Below are positions 48,507 to 58,118 of a stretch of 64,000 nucleotides of DNA, in pieces. Each line of letters begins with the position of its first letter. Position 1 is the stretch's first letter. The translations under genes were made by a program, and so were the position numbers. Source of the DNA: Desulfatiglandales bacterium. GTDB taxonomy: Bacteria; Desulfobacterota; DSM-4660; Desulfatiglandales; Desulfatiglandaceae. The stretch covers positions 4,000,001 to 4,064,000 of the forward strand of contig OY759599.1 of the NCBI GenBank assembly GCA_963662465.1. The letters run 5' to 3'. The notes below the pieces were generated by a model, which ran no database searches, was not told the DNA's origin, and saw only the letters and a list, made by a program, of their open reading frames with translations.

Positions 48507-49727
48507 ATGGAAAGCAACTATTTTAAGGAATTCATTACAATGAAAAGATTTTTTTGTGTTTCATTCATTTTCGCAGCATTTTTCTGTCCTTTGTTTCTCT
48601 CTTGCAGTGACGATAGCAGCGACAATCACATCAACCCCATTTACGATTTAAGACCGCTCACCCGGGTTTCCCAAGAGTTTGATTCAACTATTGAGCGTCC
48701 AAATTTGCTGATGAACCACAAGAAACGCCTGGGGCATCGGTTGGTTCCATCAGAAGAAGAAATGATGCCGGGAATCCATGACGCCTCGTTCCAGGGATCC
48801 GCCGCCATCGAAAAAACCTATACCTTTACATACGGCAACAACGCTCACCTGTACTGGACAAAAGCCATCGGCAAAGACACACAGGGAACCACTGTGGCCA
48901 CCGCCACACAGGCCCTTGATGATGCAGGGTTTCCCACGCGCGTTTTATGGTATGACGGCGAGGGGAATTTCATGTATGCCTATGATTACACCTATGACGC
49001 GACCCTATATTTGATAACTTCCGTTATCCGTTACCGGGACGACCCTACAGACAATCCGGACGCCGAAAAAGATTATGAATTCGAGAACGTATGGAACGAA
49101 GACGGCATTCTCACCACCCAGAGCTACGTCGAATACGATTCAAACGGCGTCAAAGCGTATGCGTGTAAATGGCGATCCACAACTATCATGAACTCCCTGA
49201 GAGGTTCGGGCGGCATGGGCTATGATGAATATTATCGAGAATACGAGGCGGAACTGTTGACATATCAGGAAGAAACCACGTTCGATCAGGATGGATACCC
49301 CGAAATCCTGCGTATCGACAATCATGGCGACGGAACCTTTGAAGAAACCTACAACACCGAGATTGCAAAAACCGCTCAAGGTTATCTTGAATCGCTTATC
49401 TGGCTGGAAGCGGATACAGGCAATAAAGAGTGGAAGGAAACATTTGCCTATGACGATAAAGGCCTCCTCAAGACATCCAAGGATTACGATTGGGTTGACA
49501 ATGAATTCTTCCTGAATAGCATCATTACGAATGTGTGGCATCAAAACCCTGTCAACGGTCCCACAGGGGGAATCAGCGTTTACTTTGAATCGGATGAGGC
49601 GGGGAACCCCGTGGGGGAATATGAAACAGTGGACTGGACCGAAAGATTAAAGACTCGCCATTATTTTAGAGCCCTGGAAGAAGAAGAGCTTAGGATATCG
49701 GAATCGCTGGAAAAGATAAGACTTTAA
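48507..49727 (+). CDS. Acidic, Tyr/Asp-rich lipoprotein with YD-like beta-repeats
   Basis: Signal peptide plus FLSC lipobox (start may be 48540); recurring YD..G motifs. Confidence 0.6.
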   Translation: MESNYFKEFITMKRFFCVSFIFAAFFCPLFLSCSDDSSDNHINPIYDLRPLTRVSQEFDSTIERPNLLMNHKKRLGHRLVPSEEEMMPGIHDASFQGSAAIEKTYTFTYGNNAHLYWTKAIGKDTQGTTVATATQALDDAGFPTRVLWYDGEGNFMYAYDYTYDATLYLITSVIRYRDDPTDNPDAEKDYEFENVWNEDGILTTQSYVEYDSNGVKAYACKWRSTTIMNSLRGSGGMGYDEYYREYEAELLTYQEETTFDQDGYPEILRIDNHGDGTFEETYNTEIAKTAQGYLESLIWLEADTGNKEWKETFAYDDKGLLKTSKDYDWVDNEFFLNSIITNVWHQNPVNGPTGGISVYFESDEAGNPVGEYETVDWTERLKTRHYFRALEEEELRISESLEKIRL

Positions 49728-50762
49728 TCATTTTCTCGAACGGCCTTGATGAGAATTTTATGGGCTTGGCTTAAAAGACTTCCCACATATTCGGTGTTGG
49801 CAAGGATGACCATGCCCACATTTTTCTCCGGCAACAAAATAACGATGGAAGTAAAATTATTATAAGCACCCTCGTGGCTGACAACCCGGGTTCCATCAAC
49901 GGTTCTTGACTCCCAACCCATGCCGTATTTTTCCTCTAATGAAATCCGGGTCGGCGCCCAGGTCCTGGTCAGATTTTTGGAACTGACGACCCGGGTTCCA
50001 TCCGGGGCCACCCCCTCCCGAAGTTGGGTCATAAGGAAGTTATTCATATCATTGACATTGGATTTGATAGAACCCGAAGGCGCCAGTGGATCATCGTCCC
50101 GGTCCTCGGAATCGACGACCACCAACCGGTTTTTGATTTTTTTCTCGGAACCGGCGACCACCGCCCGTTTTTTGATTGTTTCATGAGAAACCGCCATATT
50201 GCCGTTGGCCCGGGCTTCGGAGATAAAAACCGTCGAGTCGTTCATTCCCATCGGCATAAGTACATATTGCCATAGCAAATCGGAGTAACCCACGTTCAGG
50301 GGTTTGTTGACCCCAGCGGCAACATAGACAAACAGATATCCACCCAAAGACACCGCCAAATTGCTGTAGCTGAATTTTTCCCCCGGCGATTTCGACAGTC
50401 TAAAGCCGGTAAAAAAAGGGACAATGTTCATGGGAACCGCGTTAGCACCAAAATCGTCCCAGAAATCATCCTCATCACCGGCGAGGATACCACTGGTCAT
50501 GGAGAATAGCTCGAACACCGTGACGCTTTTCAACGTCTCGTCTTTCAGTTGCCACCCGGGACACATGTCATGGATGGTCGAATTCCAGTCAATGACCCCC
50601 ACGTCAACCAGACACGCCGCCAACATGGATGTAAAACTTTTATTGACCGAACCAATATGGAACAGGGTATCGGGGTCCACAAGTTCATGGGTGGCCACAC
50701 TTTTGACGCCGTATCCCTTGGCCAGGACTATTTCGTTGCCTTCCACCAGACCGACGCCAACC
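49724..50762 (-). pseudogene. Serine hydrolase (class C beta-lactamase family), apparently 5'-truncated
   Basis: FHIGSVNK, FSYSN, HEG motifs intact; similarity starts at VGVGLVEG with an in-frame stop shortly upstream and no signal peptide or N-terminal helix. Confidence 0.65.
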
Positions 50763-50889
50763 CTATAATGAGAATTGCTGCAGAATTTGGTACACTAATG
50801 ACATTCGTAAACAATTGTGGTAGTTGTTTAGCTGTCACTTCAACCACATATCGTTTACAAACGCGTCAAATGCACAAGGAGATTTATAC

Positions 50890-51999
50890 ATGGGACATCC
50901 CTTGAGCAGGATATCCATTTCAGGGTACAAATCCATTCAAAACCTTACGGACTTATATCTTGGTCCTCTTAATATCATTATCGGCGCAAACGGCGCCGGA
51001 AAAAGTAATTTTGTAAGCTTTTTCAGGATGCTTCGTGCTATGTCCGAGGAAAGACTTGGAAATTTCGTAATTGAAAACGGCGGAGGTGACAGCTTTTTTT
51101 TTGGCGGTCCGAAAATGACGCCGGCAATTGAAAGTCACCTGGCATTCGGGCAAAACGAATACAAGTTCATCCTGGCACCCACCGCTTCAGGCAAGATAAT
51201 GGTTAAGGAAGAAAGCACCCTCTATGCAGGAGGCGGCGGTTGGCAGTTCCATGGCGGCGGCGCCCACGAATCGCAACTCAAACAATGGAAGAACAAAACT
51301 TCAAGATGGGGACCATATGCTGCCGCGGAATCTTATGTAGTTGAATCTGTTTCGAGCTGGCTTGTTTATCATTTCCACGATACGAGCATGACAGCACCCA
51401 TGCGTCGTTATCATTCTATTCGGGACTGGCGAGAACTAAATCCTGATGCCTCAAACATCGGCGCCTTCTTATTGCGGCTTCAAAAGAAATACCCCGATGC
51501 TTATAAACAAATCAGAGAAACCATCCAACTTATCGCACCATTTTTCGACGATTTTCTCTTGGAACCGGAAGAACAAGGCAACAACGAAGTTGTCCGACTC
51601 GAATGGCGTCAAAAAGGATCCAGATACCCATTTCAGCCCTGGCAATTTTCCGATGGCACCATCCGGTTTATCTGTTTGGCAACAGCCATGCTTCAACCTG
51701 ATCCACCATCAACCATCATTGTGGATGAGCCCGAACTCGGCCTCCATCCCTTTGCCCTTGACGTTCTGGCCGGTTTATTTCGTGAAACCGCTGATCGAAC
51801 CCAGCTGATTGTGTCCACCCAATCCGCAACATTATTAAACCATTTTAAACCAACGGAGACCATTGTCATCGACCGGGAACAAGGAGCTTCCCGCTTCAGA
51901 CGCCTCACCGGGGAATCCCTGATCGAATGGATGAAGGACTTTTCTTTGGGTGAACTCTGGCAAAAAAACGTATTTGATGGAGGCCCTTCCCATGAGTAG
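50890..51999 (+). CDS. ABC/AAA_21-type ATPase (SMC/RecF/OLD-like)
   Basis: GANGAGKSN Walker A, FSDGT signature, IIVDEPELGLHP Walker B, STQS; AAGGAG RBS before ATG 50890. Confidence 0.88.
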   Translation: MGHPLSRISISGYKSIQNLTDLYLGPLNIIIGANGAGKSNFVSFFRMLRAMSEERLGNFVIENGGGDSFFFGGPKMTPAIESHLAFGQNEYKFILAPTASGKIMVKEESTLYAGGGGWQFHGGGAHESQLKQWKNKTSRWGPYAAAESYVVESVSSWLVYHFHDTSMTAPMRRYHSIRDWRELNPDASNIGAFLLRLQKKYPDAYKQIRETIQLIAPFFDDFLLEPEEQGNNEVVRLEWRQKGSRYPFQPWQFSDGTIRFICLATAMLQPDPPSTIIVDEPELGLHPFALDVLAGLFRETADRTQLIVSTQSATLLNHFKPTETIVIDREQGASRFRRLTGESLIEWMKDFSLGELWQKNVFDGGPSHE

Positions 52000-52325
52000 A
52001 GTACTAAACTCGAAAATCTTGTGTAAAGAGGAGAATAGAGCGAACGACGACACCAAGGGTTTTGGATATGCCGCGCGACCTCTGTTTCGCGTTTGGTTTC
52101 TGAATTTTCGTGCGGCACGGTATTGAGGCCATCCGTGTATTCGCGGGGGGCAGCCCACCAGGCGTGCGGGCACCGGCCGGAAAGCGGTTTATGGCCGAGC
52201 AGCGCAGAGAGCACCATCCAGTGAAAGATTGCCGCATCTGGCCGGGCCAGTGTGGCGGGGAGGACGAAATAGTTCAGTTCCGCTGTCGTCGATGCGGTGC
52301 AGTCCGCCACCAGCGGTAAAACCAT

Positions 52326-52538
52326 ATTACCGTAGGGGCCACCAAAGGAAAACAGCTGTTTGACGGCGCCCGGTTATCCATGAAGGACACACTGGACATG
52401 GCCCTCTGGCGCACCCTCGCCTATCGCAGCATTGATCTTGAGGGCGACATCAACCACTATCCGGAACACTTGCAAGGGGCCTATCAATCGGGGAAAGAAC
52501 TGGCCGAAAGCCTTATGGTCGGTACCGTTCAAATTTAG
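52326..52538 (+). pseudogene. 3' fragment copy of the flavodoxin gene at 40924
   Basis: 52326-52523 aligns with 41308-41514 with a 9-bp deletion (YFF codons). Confidence 0.9.
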
Positions 52539-52727
52539 GTAATTCGGGTTATCGCATATACATACAGGACACGATATCCTGCAAGATTAAGTGTGGGTCT
52601 ATCCGTTGAGGAAAAACCAGCCAAATTGACGCAGCTCCCCCCAGACGGGTTAAGGTTAAGTCTTTTACCCCAGAACCCATTCGAATATAAGACATGCAAT
52701 GGAACAGAAAGGGAAGTAACAATCCGC

Positions 52728-53147
52728 CTATTTTTTCCCTGCTGGGATGTTGTCTAACACCAAGATATCCTGCGTTCCTATAAATGCCATTCCATCACAA
52801 TCGTACCCAATTAATGTCAATGTATTATAGTCGCCTATTTTTAGTCCCTCCAATGTTTTTATTTCATCTGACACGAACTTGGCAACAAAGTTACCTCGGT
52901 CATCAGCTTTCCACCAATCGATTGCAACACCGTTGAGTAATACCGACGATCCAACCACTAGGTCATAGGCGATATTCGTATGAACAGTGACGACAGTGCT
53001 TTGACTCTGAATATTGAGGACATTCGGTGAAACATCAATCTCGATGTCATAGGCCTGACATTGGGCAGGCATCTGGAACACAACCAGAGCAAAGGCCATG
53101 AAACACAACACGGGCAGGCAAAGGGTTTTCGCTTTTTTGAGCATCAT
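52728..53147 (-). CDS. Exported hypothetical protein
   Basis: AAGGAG RBS, signal peptide ending AQCQA, 139 aa beta-rich. Confidence 0.7.
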   Translation of the reverse strand: MMLKKAKTLCLPVLCFMAFALVVFQMPAQCQAYDIEIDVSPNVLNIQSQSTVVTVHTNIAYDLVVGSSVLLNGVAIDWWKADDRGNFVAKFVSDEIKTLEGLKIGDYNTLTLIGYDCDGMAFIGTQDILVLDNIPAGKK

Positions 53148-53510
53148 TTTTTTCTCCTTATAAGGATTTTGAAGGTTATTGATAATCCGCTATGGAATTT
53201 GTTCCATGATGGACATTATACGCCTTATTGGGAATGCCTACAACTAAAAATCGTAGACGATGCTTTATGTTAATAAAAAGCGGTTTGTGTTGTCCCCTTT
53301 GTCCGGTCACTTATCGGTTCAACTTTTAAAAGGTTAAATGGGGTTACACGGCTGTTGGAAAATTAGACTGTGAACTGCTTCAGGATATGACAAAGTGGCT
53401 GCACAGTCGGAGTTGAAAAAATCCGATCCCACCTTTACATTTATTTTGTCTTTTAGTATCTTCCGCGAAAACAAAGATTTGAAACAGAATTCACCAAACC
53501 TCGAGGCGGC

Positions 53511-55997
53511 ATGTCCACAAAGACCTTTCGAATTATTGTTTCCATACTTTTCGGCATGGTGGGATTTGCTGTAAATTTTCTAGATATCCAGCTTTTTACC
53601 TCCCCTGAATTCAAAGTACACCTCCTGCTGGGGCTTCTCTTTCCCCTTCTCATCACCATGGCCTGGGGGTGGCGTTACGGACTCCTTTCCGCCCTGACCG
53701 GCGGCTGCCAATCCATGTGGTGGCTCTGGCAAAACGACGGATGGGGCATCGCTTATGCGGTCCCGGTATTCACCCTGTGGATCGTCTGGCACGGATATTG
53801 GGCTGACCAGCGAAACAGCATGAAACAGTTGCGCTGGTTTCATTCCCGTTTCGCCGTTGAGCTCCCCTTTCGCCTGGCCAGTGAACTGGGATTTTATACC
53901 CTTTTCCGCTGGCTTGTTTCCTTCAACCCACCCCCCTGGAATCCCACGATCACGTGGGATCATGTAAGCCTTTCATGGGTGAACATTGTGGCCGTAAAAC
54001 ACTTGCTCACAGCCTATATTCTCCTCCTCATCGTCCATGTACTCTTGCGGATCAGCGTTGTACGGCGCTTCTTCAAACTCGAAGATCCGCCCGAGCAAAG
54101 GATGATTGACGCCGTATACAGCGCATCCCTGCTTCTGGGATGCCTGCTCTGGGTTTTGGACGCCCTGGCCCAGTACCTGTTTTTCAATCAACGGGGACGT
54201 GGCTTCTGGGATGTGGCGGTACTGGCCGTTGACTCCCAGGATCTGTTTGCTCGGAATGCTTTTTTCATTGTAAGCCTTATGGCGGGCATTTGGGTGGCAC
54301 GACTCGCCGCTCGTCGCATTCGACTGGAAAAACGACTTCAGCATCTCAACAGGGTCCTCCTGGCGATTCGCGGCGTGACCCAGCTCATCTGTCACGAAAA
54401 AGATATGGACCGTCTTTTACAGACAACCTGCGAGACCCTGATTGAAACACGTGGTTTTCATAACGCCTTGCTCCTCATGCTCGACGACAATGGCAAATAC
54501 CATAGGTCCTATCACGCAGGTTTCAGCGAAAACTTTGAAGCCATGGCCAACTCCCTGAAAAATAACCGGTTTCCCCTTCAAATGAAAAAAACCCTCAAAC
54601 GCCTGACCATTACGGTGGTCGAGAATCCTTTGGAAAAATGCACCGACTGCCCCTTATCTTCCGATTACGGAGGCCGCTCGGGCATTTGCGTACCCATCAC
54701 CCATGAAGAACAACGCCTCGGGTTGCTCACCGTAGCCGTACCGCGCGCCCACGCCCATGACGCGGAAGAGCATGCGCTGCTGAAAGAAGTGACCGAGGAC
54801 TTAGGATTTGCACTGCATGCAGCACAGGTAGCAGCGAGGCAGCTGAAACTGGAAGAGGAGTTGCAACAGGCCCAGAAAATGGAAGCCATCGGCACCCTTG
54901 CAGGGGGCATCGCCCACGACTTCAACAATATCCTGTCCAGCGTCATCGGTTTTACCCAACTGGCCCTGGAAGATTCCGATGAAAAAACCATCAAAGCGGA
55001 CTTGAAAGAAGTTTTGAATGCCGGCATACGGGCCAAAGAACTGGTGAAGCAGATTCTCACATTTGCCCGCCGCTCGGACGGCGAACTCAAACCCATGCGA
55101 CCGACCCCCATTGTTAAAGAAGCACTGAAACTCCTCAGGTCCTCACTCCCCACAACCATTGAAATTAAATCCCATATCGAAAACGACATCACCATCAAGA
55201 GCGACCCCACCCAGATACATCAAATTCTCATGAACCTGTGTACCAACGCAGCCCATGCCATGGAGGACGACGGAGGGACCTTGCGGGTCACCCTCGAAAA
55301 AACAGGGGTGGATTTGCTCCCGGAAAATCAAAAGGGCGGTTTTCAATCCAAAAAGGTACTGCTGCTCACGGTCGCCGACACCGGATGCGGCATCCCCCCG
55401 CACATTATACCATCCATATTCGAGCCCTATTTTACCACAAAACCCCCCGAAAAAGGCACCGGCATGGGCCTGTCCATGGTTCATGGCATTGTTAAATCCC
55501 ACGGGGGCGACATTACCGTTGAGAGCGACCCAGGAAAAGGAACGGTTTTCAGGATTTATCTACCCATCATCGAAACCGATGCCGAAGCGAATTTCCCGAA
55601 GGATGAAAACATCCCCACGGGAACCGAAAAAATCCTGTTCGTTGACGACGAATCAAGCATTGTCGAGGCGGGCAGTCGAATGCTTGAACATCTCGGATAC
55701 CACGTCATCACCCAGACAAACAGTCAGGATGCGCTGGCCCTTTTTCGCCAAACGCCCGATGATTTTGATGGGGTGATTACGGACATGACCATGCCCCATA
55801 TGACGGGCGACCGGCTGGCAGCGAAACTGATCGAAATAAAACCGAATATCCCCATCATTCTCTGTACCGGTTACAGCAGCAAAATGTCTCCTGAAAAGGC
55901 CTTCAGAATCGGCATCAAGGCGTTTATCCACAAACCCCTGACCAAAACGGAACTGGCAAGAACGGTGCGGAAGGTGCTGGACGAAATAAAAGCCTGA
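53511..55997 (+). CDS. Membrane hybrid histidine kinase (multi-TM, GAF, HisKA, HATPase, REC)
   Basis: About 8 TM segments, GAF, AHDFNNIL, GTGMGL, C-terminal REC. Confidence 0.92.
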   Translation: MSTKTFRIIVSILFGMVGFAVNFLDIQLFTSPEFKVHLLLGLLFPLLITMAWGWRYGLLSALTGGCQSMWWLWQNDGWGIAYAVPVFTLWIVWHGYWADQRNSMKQLRWFHSRFAVELPFRLASELGFYTLFRWLVSFNPPPWNPTITWDHVSLSWVNIVAVKHLLTAYILLLIVHVLLRISVVRRFFKLEDPPEQRMIDAVYSASLLLGCLLWVLDALAQYLFFNQRGRGFWDVAVLAVDSQDLFARNAFFIVSLMAGIWVARLAARRIRLEKRLQHLNRVLLAIRGVTQLICHEKDMDRLLQTTCETLIETRGFHNALLLMLDDNGKYHRSYHAGFSENFEAMANSLKNNRFPLQMKKTLKRLTITVVENPLEKCTDCPLSSDYGGRSGICVPITHEEQRLGLLTVAVPRAHAHDAEEHALLKEVTEDLGFALHAAQVAARQLKLEEELQQAQKMEAIGTLAGGIAHDFNNILSSVIGFTQLALEDSDEKTIKADLKEVLNAGIRAKELVKQILTFARRSDGELKPMRPTPIVKEALKLLRSSLPTTIEIKSHIENDITIKSDPTQIHQILMNLCTNAAHAMEDDGGTLRVTLEKTGVDLLPENQKGGFQSKKVLLLTVADTGCGIPPHIIPSIFEPYFTTKPPEKGTGMGLSMVHGIVKSHGGDITVESDPGKGTVFRIYLPIIETDAEANFPKDENIPTGTEKILFVDDESSIVEAGSRMLEHLGYHVITQTNSQDALALFRQTPDDFDGVITDMTMPHMTGDRLAAKLIEIKPNIPIILCTGYSSKMSPEKAFRIGIKAFIHKPLTKTELARTVRKVLDEIKA

Positions 55998-56228
55998 ACC
56001 CACAACCGTCCCTGATAAACCAAAACCCCAACTTCAACCGGATGCGGCTTTCCAAAGAAGTGTGCCGAATACTTCAATGGCTAAAACCCGTAGGTTAAAG
56101 TACAGACTGGTGTACGTCGTGCAAGGAAAATGCGTTTTGCGCTAAGACAACGAGGTGGGGAAGGATGATCACCGGCATTTCGGTGGAAAGGAATATGGGC
56201 CTGGGAAGGGATAACGGTTTGCCATCCG

Positions 56229-57041
56229 TCACAAGCGATTGTGATCGGCCCCGGCGCCGAAATCGCATCGTGGAATACAGACCCGTCTGCCGACCGCCTG
56301 AACATGGCACACATCGATATCAACGCCATAAGCCTCAAAAAGGATCCGGGGGGTGATGACCTTTTCGGCCTTACCGATGGCGATGAACTTCCCATGCTGC
56401 ATTACCGCGATCTGTTGGGAGAGCAAGAAACCATGGTCGGGGAAATGGGTGGTCATGATTACGGAAATTCCTTCGTTCGATAGCATTTCAATAATCGAAA
56501 GAACCTTGATCTGGTTCGCCACGTCCAGATGGGAGGTGGGTTCGTCCAGTATGAGAAGCCGAGGGAACTGGTTGATAGCCCGGGCGATCATGACCATCTG
56601 TCTTTCACCGCCGCTGATGTCGGCGATGCTCTGTTCCGCCAGGTGTGAAATGCCGACTTTTTCAAGTGTTTGGGCGGTCATGCGGGCATCGGCGCGGTCA
56701 GGCGTCTTGAACATGGAGATATAGGGAGCGCGTCCCATGAGAACAAATTCAAAGACCGAAAACGGAAACGCCACTTGACCCATCTGCGGTACGTATCCAA
56801 CCATTGAGGCCATATCCATCAATTTCAATCCGGTTGTATCCCTTCCCGACAACCGGACACACCCTTTCTGTAAAGGCATGAGATTCAGAATACACTTAAT
56901 CAGCGTGGATTTCCCGATTCCGTTTCTGCCGAGAATGGACAGGATTTCGCCCTGGGCCACCGTAAACGAGATATGCTGAAATACAGCCTTGTTACGGTTG
57001 TATGAGAATGCGGCGTTTTCCACTTCCAATATCACAGCCAT
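56229..57041 (-). CDS. ABC transporter ATP-binding protein (FecE/BtuD-like)
   Basis: GRNGIGKST, ISGGERQ, LDEPTSHLD. Confidence 0.93.
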   Translation of the reverse strand: MAVILEVENAAFSYNRNKAVFQHISFTVAQGEILSILGRNGIGKSTLIKCILNLMPLQKGCVRLSGRDTTGLKLMDMASMVGYVPQMGQVAFPFSVFEFVLMGRAPYISMFKTPDRADARMTAQTLEKVGISHLAEQSIADISGGERQMVMIARAINQFPRLLILDEPTSHLDVANQIKVLSIIEMLSNEGISVIMTTHFPDHGFLLSQQIAVMQHGKFIAIGKAEKVITPRILFEAYGVDIDVCHVQAVGRRVCIPRCDFGAGADHNRL

Positions 57042-58114
57042 CCCACTTTCTTCCGTCCCAGGAGCCAGGCAAATACGGGTGCGCCAATAATGGCCGTCAG
57101 TATCCCCAGGGGTATTTCAGTGGGAAAAACGGTTCTGGATAGATTGTCCACCGTCAGCAGAAAAGCCGCGCCGATCAAGGCGGAAGCCGGCATCAGCTTG
57201 CGGAAATCGGGGCCCACCAGCATCCGACCCATGTGAGGCACCACCAGCCCGACCCAGCCAATGAGGCCGCTGATGCAAACTGCCGAGGCCGTGATCATTG
57301 TGGCGCAGATGATGATGATTTTCGTCATTCGTTTGGTGTTGACGCCAAGGGTTCTGGCTTCATCATCACCCATGGCCAGGAGGTTGATGCGCCACCGGAT
57401 GATGAAGAGAACCATGGAGGCCGCCAATATGGGGAGCGCCGCCATCTCAAGATCTCTGCCGGTCACCGAGGCCAGACTGCCCATCAACCAGAAGACAATG
57501 GCAGGCAGGGTGTCGTAAGGATCCGCCACGTATTTGATCAGAGAAATCAGGGCTGAAAACAAGGCCCCCACGATGATTCCCGAGAGTACCAGCACCAGCA
57601 TGACCGTGGATCGGTACATTCGGCTGATGGCATAGGTGATGGCGACCGCAATGATCCCGGCCAGAAAAGCGGAGGCCTGGATCACCATGGGACGACCCGA
57701 TAGGAGGATTCCCAGGGCCGCGCCGAAGCCCGCGCCCGAAGCGACGCCCAGCAGGTCCGGCGAGACAAGGGGGTTTTTGAAAAGCCCCTGAAAACTGGCC
57801 CCCGCAATGGAAACGCCGGCGCCTACCAGCATGGCCGCCAGGATGCGGGGCAACCGGATTCGGAATATGACTGTGTAATGAAGGGTCTCGGCTTCATGGG
57901 GAGCGATGGGAGTAAGGGTTGAACCGGATGCGTTGGAAACCCCGAGCAACCACCCGTCAAAAAAATTATTTGCCCATTGGTGAAGACCTGAAAAAAAAGT
58001 CGCTGCCACATCCCAGGGGGCAATAGTGTATCGGCCGAGAAAGATGGATAGGAAAAAGAGGGCGAACGTAAGACCGATCAGCAACCACCAGTAGCCGATT
58101 TTGAATTCTTTCAT
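57032..58114 (-). CDS. FecCD/BtuC-family ABC permease
   Basis: RLPRI, FKNPLVSPDLLGVASGA, IGWVGLVVPH, EIPLGILTAIIGAP; start set at ATG 58114. Confidence 0.93.
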   Translation of the reverse strand: MKEFKIGYWWLLIGLTFALFFLSIFLGRYTIAPWDVAATFFSGLHQWANNFFDGWLLGVSNASGSTLTPIAPHEAETLHYTVIFRIRLPRILAAMLVGAGVSIAGASFQGLFKNPLVSPDLLGVASGAGFGAALGILLSGRPMVIQASAFLAGIIAVAITYAISRMYRSTVMLVLVLSGIIVGALFSALISLIKYVADPYDTLPAIVFWLMGSLASVTGRDLEMAALPILAASMVLFIIRWRINLLAMGDDEARTLGVNTKRMTKIIIICATMITASAVCISGLIGWVGLVVPHMGRMLVGPDFRKLMPASALIGAAFLLTVDNLSRTVFPTEIPLGILTAIIGAPVFAWLLGRKKVGWL

Positions 58115-58118
58115 CGGG

